A stretch of DNA of 62,892 nt, filler included, from Intoshia linei (taxonomy: Eukaryota; Animalia; Orthonectida), in NCBI GenBank assembly GCA_001642005.1. It is 6 parts of 6 records of this genome, joined end to end, with 100 filler letters (N's around TTAATTAATTAA, not from the genome) between each part and the next. Parts side by side here need not be neighbours in the genome. Positions count along the whole stretch, not along the records: positions 53,629 to 58,338 come from LWCA01001880.1; positions 58,439 to 59,774 come from LWCA01002679.1; positions 59,875 to 62,892 come from LWCA01002166.1; 3 more parts are not named here. One strand, given 5' to 3'. Shown here in pieces: positions 53,629 to 62,892 of the stretch (its first letter is position 1; every line of letters begins with the position of its first letter). Under the pieces are notes generated by a model. The model had not been told where the DNA came from and searched no databases. It saw only the letters and a list, made by a program, of their open reading frames with translations. The translations under genes were made by a program, and so were the position numbers.

Positions 53629-54100
53629 TGAATGGTCGTATGTAATTTCACTTTAAAGGCTTCAATTTTTCCTGAATCTGCAGATGAACTTTCACCCGAG
53701 CATTTTTTAAATTTGAGCCCATGTCTGTCTTTAAATTTGTAAAGCCAACCATAGCTAGCCTTAAAGACTGTTCCAGGGTAGAATTGATTGTGGAAAAATT
53801 TGACTTTCTCAATGATAATATCGTCATTTGTTGGGATTTTGGAAAAACGTCGATCAATGAATCAATAAAACAATGATTCTTCTAGTTTTGGGAAAAAGGG
53901 CTGTTTCATGGATTTTTTAATTTTATTGTTTGTACAGAATCCATATTTTCCAACGTTGAGTAATTTCTATTTATTTTTTTTAATTGAATAAATTGTGGAA
54001 ATTGCAGTTTTATACATTGTGCATAATTCCGTTGGTTTAATGCCGTTTTCCAATTCTTTGAGAATTTGCAATTTTTCATCAATAGTTAAATTCATTTAGT
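53629..54100 (-). mobile_element. pogo/Tigger transposase N-terminus (psq and CENP-B HTH)
   Basis: MNLTIDEKLQILKELENG...ISTIYSIKKNK; ASYGWLYKFKDRHGLKFKKCSGESSSAD. Confidence 0.8.
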
Positions 54101-54451
54101 TAAATCAGTTAAAAATTGTAATTGGTAAGTTGTAAATATAAAAAAGGAATTTTAATTGATAAAGAAAATAAAGTTAGATATGTAACAGCATTAAGATAAT
54201 GTACAAAATAATAAACTTAATAAAAAACTAAGTAATGTTCAATTTACAATAAACTTATACATTATTTTTAATTAGGAATACAAACTTAATTTTTATTTTT
54301 AATTGTACAAACACTTGATTTTCACCAGTAATGTACAAAAAGTACTTGTTAATACAAATTCATGCTCAAATTTTAATAAAAAGTTCAGTTTGTAATCTGT
54401 AAACCTGTTGTCAGTAAAGTCCTCAGAATTATATAAGTTTATGTTCTAAAT

Positions 54452-56722
54452 CGGGGACGTCACCACTTTTAGTCAATCGACCCCCAAAATTTTTTTCTAA
54501 TCTAAATTCATTCTTATTAAAAAAATGACTTATTAGCGTTATTATTTAAATTTTGTGAGTTATTTTAATTGGTTGAGATGAAATAGTTCGCCAACAAATA
54601 GATTTTTTGATATTAATTATTTAATCTAATATTAACACAATTATAATACAATTCACTGTATAAGTTGAATCTAAAATTGTTATATTACATATGAATTTTT
54701 AATTACTTTGAATCTTCTTTGATGTTGGTTATGAAGCTAAAATAAATAATATTATATTTTTATATTTAAAGTAATATGAACCTAATTTTTAATTTGAAAT
54801 ATGATGATTAATATTTTCTGTGATATTAGGTTTTAAATTTGTCAATTTTAGACGCAGATTTCCTCTATTTTTTATATTAAGTCTATTTTTTCGTTTCGTT
54901 AATAATTGATTAATATGACTAAATCCAGCCTCCACCATGTATGACGAAGGAAACGCTAACAATAAAGGAGAATCAAATTTACCAGTTTTAGGATATTTAA
55001 GTTATTTCAATAAGATAAATTATTTTGTTTGAAAATTGATTGTAGTGGCAGGTCAACAGACATTTCAATTAATTCATCACGTAATTCGGAATCTAAAATA
55101 TCGTAGTTTGTAATATTAAACGGATTAACAACCCAATCAGGTATCGACATTTTTTCTAGATCTCTAAATCTAATCTTAAAGTCATCAATTAAATTATTTA
55201 AATGATTTGTGTAAGTTTCCAACTCTTTATTAGTTATCTCATCTTGTACTGACAATAGCCGAGAAATACTGATAATCTTTTCTGTTGAGCACCGACAACA
55301 TGCACCCCGAACTTATTTTAAAACCCATAAGAATCGTTCGACATTCTAAAATTGTTGCATTTTTTGAATGACATTAAATTTTGCATACAAATCAGACAGA
55401 TAATATAAATTGTGTTTATTATTAATTAATGTTTCACAGAGGGAAGGTTCATATATTTCTAGAAAAGTTACAGTTGAGTGGAATAATTCAACAAGTCTCC
55501 CTAAACAATTTCCCTTGGACAACCATCTTATCTCTGTGTGTAGAAGTAAATTTATGTATTGTTCATCGTTTTCTTTACACAACAGAGAGAATAATCGACT
55601 GTTTATTGGTCTGCTTTTAATTTTGTTAATAACTTTTACGAAAATATTTAATGAATCGTTCAATGTACTACTTAAATTTTTAGCTACAAGGTGATTTCTA
55701 TATATCACGCAATGAATTGAGCAAACGTTGGGGTTTTTTTCTTTCAATAATGAAGCAAACCCTCTGTACTGTCCAACCATTAACGGAGCACCATCTGTCG
55801 CAACTGCACATATATTTTCAATGGGTATATCATTTATAATAAAATATTGTTCAACAGTATTAAATATCGTTATTCCCCTTGAATCACTAGATAAGTATTT
55901 TGCAAATAAAAATTCGTCGATTATTTGTTGTTTGGACTTACTGTTTGGAAGTACCTTACATATGACATCAATATATTCTCACCTCCAGAAATAGATTCAT
56001 CCAGTTGAAGAGAAAATTTGCAAGTTTTTAATTCTTTTATTAAATTTTTTCAACATTATCAACCATTTGGTCAATACGTCTGTTAACATTTGAAGAACTT
56101 AACGTAAGGTGCTTTATAACATTGGTAACGACTTCTTTTAAAGCAGGTAATATTAAATTTTCAGCAATATTATTAGGTTTACCATTTTTAGCAATTAATA
56201 AAGATATATTGTAGGACGCATTTAATCCACAAATAGGTTTTGTAACTGCAAGGTTTTAAAAAATTTGGAATTTTGTTTAAGGTTTCATACTCAGTTTTTA
56301 ATATTTTGAAATAATCAGCATTTTTTTCACATTTATCTGGATGGAATCGATACAAGTGATCTATTATCTTAGAAGACTTCATAGCATCATTGCTTAATAT
56401 TTTTTTGTATAATAAGCACATTGGATTAGATGGAGAGGTTATGAATCCCATATTCAAATATGGTTGATAATATTGGCGACATTTTTTTTTGCAGTTGACA
56501 TCAGAATAATTTACAATTAATTCAAATAAATTTACAAAAAAAATTAATGAATCTTTATATATACAATAAAAAATTGAGAAGTATACTTAACATATATTAT
56601 TCATTATTTACTCATACATTTCGTTGGTGATATTACATAATATAATATTTTATATTTAATTGACCCCCAAAGAGTTAAAATTGACCCCTCGGGGTCGAAT
56701 CAACTCCCTATGACGCCCCCTG
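54452..56722 (-). mobile_element. Full-span decayed hAT Buster transposon
   Basis: TIRs and perfect 8-bp TSD ttctaaat (54444-54451, 56723-56730); FSLQLDES, ATDGAP.MVG, IHCVIYRNHL, HTEIRWLSKG and FPSSYMVEAGFS motifs. Confidence 0.92.
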
Positions 56723-56839
56723 TTCTAAATTGAAGTTAAATTAGGATTTGAAACACAGCATAGCTCCTATAATAGAGAAATTGAATGGTGTGACATAAAT
56801 TTTGAATAACGAAAAAATGACGTTATTTTGATTATTATA

Positions 56840-57642
56840 CAGTCAACCCTCTACTAAGTGAACATTTGGGACTCGAATATTTAAGTGTTCATGATTGTAG
56901 AAATTGTGAACAAAAAATTTATTGACATAGTAACAGTAAAATTAAAGTTGATATTATAACAATTCACAAAAAAATATATAACTTATTTATTAATTTTACA
57001 TTTTATAAAGAAAACTAAATAAACATTATTATAATTGTATCAATTCATTTTTTTCTTTCTTTAGTAGAACCAAAGTAATCAGTTATTTTTAATGATCTTG
57101 CCAATTTTTCAGACTTTATTTCCTGCATTAAAGTCCATACACTAAATAATTTTTCTGGATTATGAATCATAAAAAATGTTTCTAATTTTTTAGTATGATA
57201 ATTAGTTTCATAATGGGTAACATGTAAGATTTCTGGGTATTCAAGTTCAGACATTATTTGATTTTCTTCATATGTATTTTTTTCAATGGTTATTGTATAC
57301 ATTGTGTTTTGAAGCAAGTAAACGTTGTGTACTACCTTTGTCTTCATCAAACAAACGAATTAGTTCTTTCTTTGTAAATGCAGTTAAATATTTTTTTTTT
57401 TTAAATTTTCTTTGTTCATGTTGCAGAAATAAAAAATTTTGGAAAAGCACGTTTTGTATACAATAATTGTGAATAACAATAAGAACTTCACTTTAATTTG
57501 GATAAATCATGTTCATCGTTTACGTAGTAGAATGTTCACGATTTATTTACTTTTTTCATAGTAAACTATAACAAATTTTTTTTGTTGTTCATTATTGGAG
57601 AAGTTCACGTTATAGAGGGTTCATCTTATAGAGGTTTGACTG
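56840..57642 (-). mobile_element. pogo/Tigger-like non-autonomous element, complete
   Basis: TA-cagtcaaccctct ... agaggtttgactg-TA. Confidence 0.8.
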
Positions 57643-59874
57643 TATGTAAAATTAATTCGATTTATATTTTTAATAGTTTAAATTAATAACAACAAATTAT
57701 TTAAACAATGTTATTATTATTGTAACTCACCTACTTGTAATATTGGATTTATGAAATTTAGAACCAGCCTAAATAACAACAATTTCAGAGTCAACAATAT
57801 TTTTGCTGTATTTTTTAACTCAAATAATATCAGTTTTTTTTTAAATGAAATTTATATGAAGTATTAAAGATTTTATTTTTCCTAGCATACTAGCTGTCGT
57901 TGACTGTAAATAAATTTAAATATTTATTAAAGCTTAATCGAAATCAATGAACTGTTTAAATCTTTTATATTACAATATCTAATTAATTTTATATTATTTT
58001 TCTATCTTGCTAAAATATTCCCATATTTTAGTTTGTTTTTTTTTATTAGCGATTTGAATGTGAATCTTTGTTTCAATAGAATAAATATCATTTACAGCAT
58101 TAGGACAAATTTTTGTTGTCATTATTTTAATTTCTTTAAGTAAAATTAAATACTTTGAATATTGTGAATAAGTTATTTCTTCTGAAAATTCGCTATTATC
58201 TATATTTGACTTTTCGTTACTGTTTTCTATTAAAAATTCTTCCATTTCATCTTTCAAGTTAGTATCATTGATTTTTTCAAATTTTTTTAAACCAGATATA
58301 TCAATAACGTCGTAATTGTACGAGCTTAGTTCATCTAANNNNNNNNNNNNNNNNNNNNNNNNNNNNNNNNNNNNNNNNNNNNTTAATTAATTAANNNNNN
58401 NNNNNNNNNNNNNNNNNNNNNNNNNNNNNNNNNNNNNNATTTAGCTATTGGGGAGAATTTTGTGTTAATGATAAGTAAATAAACACAAATAAAATAATCT
58501 ATTTTTTCAAACCAAAATAAAACATTAAACTCTAATTAAATATATCAGAAAGTCTCAATCTATTTTACTCTTTGGATCTCTTTTAATTTTTTTATTTATC
58601 ATGGACCAACTATCGAAAAATCATTTTTTTAAAATAAAGGTAAATTTGATTTTATAAAGAATTAGGTTGACTGTTGTGTAATACGTACGTATGTAAATTA
58701 ATTTTAATTCTAAAAAGTGACACTAAAAACTATTAACTAAAAACTACAGTACTCGAAAAAATCTCATTTTCCCAAATATTTTCATTTAAAAATATTGTAT
58801 TTATCCATGTCATTCAACTATTTTGTATCTCAAATATAAACGGTAAAGTCCAAATCTTTTGAGAGATTGCTAAGGCCTATTTTTGACTTACAAAAAGTCT
58901 CAATGCATAGTAGATTTGCTATAATGTCAATGGTACGCTATTTAATAAATTTACATTCTTATAAACCAGGGATCGGCAACCAGTGAACCACAGAATAATT
59001 TTGGTGTCCTTTGAGTAAATATGTAAATTATTTATTTTTAAATTTTTAAACACCTTTAAACATTTTCTAATACAATTGCCTCATTATAATCATTTTAATA
59101 CTGAATTTTCAGATTGCCTTGAATTTTATTTTGTTGAATATACTAGAACCGTTACTATTCAGTTAAAATTAACATGTATCATGTGTAAATTTTCAAAAAC
59201 GGGGCCTGTAAAATATATTGATATAAATACTGGGCCACGACATGAAAAATATGTTCGCAGTATGTATACTTACATAACCTTGTGAACATTTCATAATTTT
59301 GAAAGCATGAACCCAAATTCTTTGTAAATGCTGATATTTACATTTTATTTTAAGAATTAAAGTTTAATATATTCTTTTTGAATGTCACATAAATAAGGAG
59401 AAACTAGTAACCAATCATTGTTTCACAGAAATGATATATATTTTATTTTTTTTTTTTTTCAAAAAAAAATGTAAAAGTAACAGTAACGTATATCCCGTTT
59501 CAACCCTTTACCACGAGACAATCATTACAATAGTAAAGTTTGGGGATTCATTTGAATAAAAAATGTTTCCATAAAATTTTTCAAATGCACCTCAGTTTGA
59601 GAACGAACTTTGAAAGGACAAAACTGTGAAAAAATAAAATGTAAATAAATTAAAATTTACCATCATTGAATGCTGACGATTGTCAAATTTATAATCTTCA
59701 GTTTCATATATGATAGATTTATCAGCATTACCATACCCTCCAAATTTTTTGTTGTCTGAATTTAATACAACTTTNNNNNNNNNNNNNNNNNNNNNNNNNN
59801 NNNNNNNNNNNNNNNNNNTTAATTAATTAANNNNNNNNNNNNNNNNNNNNNNNNNNNNNNNNNNNNNNNNNNNN

Positions 59875-60054
59875 TTGACCCGTAAGATGTGAAATTGGGA
59901 GGTTGAAATTTATCTTAATATACGTCCCAGAAAAAACTGTATTTGAAATGTGGTCTTTAAAAAATTCTAAGACGAGTAGTTATTTCAATAAAGTTGAACA
60001 CACACACAGACACACACACAAACAAAAATCGCGTAGCATATTATATAAGTAGGA
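59875..60054 (-). mobile_element. Helitron A 5' end, cut by a gap
   Basis: Reverse complement A|TCCTACTTATATAATATGCTACGCG. Confidence 0.75.
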
Positions 60055-60407
60055 TAGATGTGCCTATATAAAGTGTGTTTATAGGGAGTTTTGACTGTAC
60101 TTATTTATGATGAAAAATAAAAATTTTCGGCTTAAAATTTATTCCAAATAACCAAACAGTGATAGTACGCATTAACTTTCACTTTCACTTTCTCATCACT
60201 TTAGCATATCTAATAAATCGGTACTGGTTCAATCAAAAGAAATTTAATTATATATTAAAAAAATCTGTCAAGTTAATTTTAATCCATAAACATTACCATA
60301 ACTAAAATATTGAATACAATAAACAGTCTTTCGATTGAATTGGTGTACCGTTAATTCATTCAAATTAAAATATACAATAAGGATTTAAATATAGAAATTT
60401 TCGTATT

Positions 60408-62256
60408 ATGAACATTGCAGCACCACCAGATTACAATGAACCCAAAAATGATATGTTTGAATTTAACGATATGGACATTCGAAAAGGTTTTTAATTTTTT
60501 AAAACTTTTATTAGCTTTTCATCTTTTTTAACTTTACATTCGTTATCAACTTACAATTATATTTTATCTAATAAACGATAAACTAGCCTCTAATCATGTT
60601 CTCATAACTCATTCGTCAATCGAATTCTCAATCGTTTATTACATTTTTGGTAAAATTACGAATAAAAACAAAATAGCTCCAATCACACTATATAGAATGC
60701 TTAGTACCTAAAGATGTTATATTTTAATATAATTGAGATTTTACTTTTGATTGGAATATTATTGCGAAGATACCAAATATGATTAAAGCTAAAGTAATTA
60801 TAATCAACACACATGCCCATCCAGTAAAATCAAACTAAAATTTATATTAAAATAAATTGAATATTTATTCAATAATATTGATAATATGCAACGTTTCCTC
60901 ATGGTAGATTCTATTAACAAATAAGTAATAGAGGTAATGTTTAATTTTAGTAATCATCTTTTGTCAGACGGTAAAAATATGTTTACTTTTATTGGTATGA
61001 ATATGTCAAGAGGTTGGGAACCGCTGATTTAATTTTTTAAATATGGGGTAACACACATAAATTCAATTTAATAACGATTTAATACCAATCCGTATGCTTG
61101 TAACCGAGGTCATAATGTATTAAGTTAATTGGGTATTAAAAATCATCTAATAAATTGCCAAAAAAGATATGGAAAGAAATGTTATATTTAGTTAATTGAT
61201 ATGTATAGGTTTTATCAAAAAGACTTACATGATACTGACTGCGCAACTATTATTCACGATAGCGATTATTAGCATATTTATATTTGTGTATCTTATTGGT
61301 CAATATTAAGTTTCAAATTTTAATATTTTAGCAAACCTATAAAGATATTTGTATTGTCAAACATTTGGTTATTGTATGTTTCCTTGTAATAAGTTCTTTT
61401 AATGTGCCATTATATTTTATTTAGAATACTTACAATCGTTTTCATTTTAATACTGGGTTGTTGCTCTGATTTGAGAAGAAAATTCCCCATTAATGTCATT
61501 CTATTGGGCGTATTTGTAATTTTATTTTGACTATTTTTATAGACTATATTTGTACTCACTTTAATTTTTTTATTACTATTCAATGTTTTTCTATTTAGAC
61601 TTTTTTTGAATCTATTATATTAGGAACTATATCGAGGTTTTTTTATTATAGTGATGATTATTATTAGATAATTAAGTAATTTATATTTATATTAATTACT
61701 TAGCTTTTATGATACCAACATTGTACTCATAGCCATGGGTGTCACGGCTGTAATCTTTTTTAATTTATATATTTATGATTAGGCTTTAGTTGTTGCATTA
61801 ACGATATTTGCAATACAGACCAAAGTAACCGTTTTATTTAATTTTTTGTTATTGTCTTTTATTAAAGTATGATTTCACGACTTGGGGAAGTGCTTTGATT
61901 ATAATTACTATTGGTCTACTGATTTTTGGATTGTTTTCAATTATTTTTCAAAATGAGGTATACTTTGTTATTATTTCTTAAAAATATTTAGGTTTTGAAT
62001 CTTTTGTACAGTGTGAGTGGAGCTGTTCTTTTTTCATTTGTAATATAATAACATTTTTATATACATGTTTTATTTTATTAGTATTCATTTTTTATACTTT
62101 ATCTTTTAGTGGCTCATTTACGATACTCAAATGATGTTGGGTGGTAAACATAAATATTCTTTGTCACCTGAAGAATATATATTCGCTGCTTTAAGTTTAT
62201 ATGTGGACATTGTTCAACTATTCATGTTTATTATGAGTCTGATGGGAAGAAGTTAG
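60408..62256 (+). CDS. Lifeguard/TMBIM (Bax inhibitor-1 family) protein, multi-exon
   Basis: FNDMDIRKG|FIKKTYMILTAQLLFT; AIQTK|YDFT; WLIYDTQMMLGGKHKYSLSPEEYIFAALSLYVDIVQLF. Confidence 0.92.
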
Positions 62257-62369
62257 ATGTATACATTTTTAACATATTGTTATATTTTGCGGATTTCATA
62301 TTTATTCTAATAATAAATATTATTTATACAGTATTAGTACTCTCCACATGTAAAAATTTATTTAAATTA

Positions 62370-62660
62370 ACTGGAATAAACTGTATCAGGATCATATTTA
62401 TTTTTTTTAATTTACGACTGTTGCTTATTTAAAATTTTTTGTTTTAATAAAATATTTTTGAAATAAAAAAAATAAATATTAAAGTGCTTTTTTGACCATG
62501 AAGATGTCACTTAATCAGATTGAAATTTTATTGTGTTGTTAACTGGATATAACTATCATCCGGAATTTTTTTAAAATTCTAGAGCTGTTTTCATTTTTAA
62601 AAAAAAGGGTAATCTGGGTGTTGACCGTGAAAATTACCTTTTTTGAGGTAACCATTTATG
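62370..62660 (-). mobile_element. Helitron A internal fragment
   Basis: Reverse-complement similarity to ~13600-13885. Confidence 0.6.
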
Positions 62661-62892
62661 ATAATGCTTATGAATTTAAAAATTTGTATGAGAATGTGTA
62701 ATTTTTATATATTATAATGTGGAGGTTAGGGGAGTGAATTTTTTCACTTTTTGAAAAGTGCCACCCCATACATGGAAGATGGGGTTGAATGATACACAAC
62801 TATCAAAAAATTATATTAAAAGGATTAAAAAAACCCTTGGCAAAGCACTTCAAAATATGAATAATGAGCAAAATTTAATTTATTTTGTATAG

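Noticed and set aside
55410-55994. Several + strand ORFs
   Set aside because: Antisense shadows of the Buster transposase

Overview
Very AT-rich eukaryotic (animal-like) scaffold with many ~30-50 nt GT-AG introns and five scaffold gaps carrying an artificial TTAATTAATTAA linker. The style resembles compact invertebrate genomes such as the orthonectid Intoshia; this is inference and not provable from the window. Host genes: PP6 phosphatase (last exon), an equilibrative nucleoside transporter, an AGO-clade Argonaute (PIWI part not seen; it runs into a gap), ClpP, RPS14, RPL21, a WDR59-like gene, a Lifeguard/TMBIM gene and unassigned membrane-protein genes. Introns and intergenic DNA carry non-autonomous Helitrons, hAT/Buster elements and MITEs, and Tc1/mariner and pogo remnants. 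The most striking region is ~37.6-44.8 kb: a dense mosaic of decayed fragments from three unrelated non-retroviral (+)RNA virus lineages (hepe/virga-like RdRp, picorna-like 3A-VPg-3C, noda-like RdRp) and four transposon classes (Ty3/gypsy, KRBA2/Ginger-like, DD39D-type mariner, Tc1). All are coded on the same (minus) strand. The hepe/virga-like and noda-like inserts are bracketed by long (61-165 bp) direct duplications of flanking DNA, and the picorna-like insert splits one copy of such a duplication. This looks like a uni-strand 'invader archive' (piRNA/siRNA-cluster-like) with repeat-insert-repeat architecture. A similar duplication-flanked insert occurs at ~35 kb.
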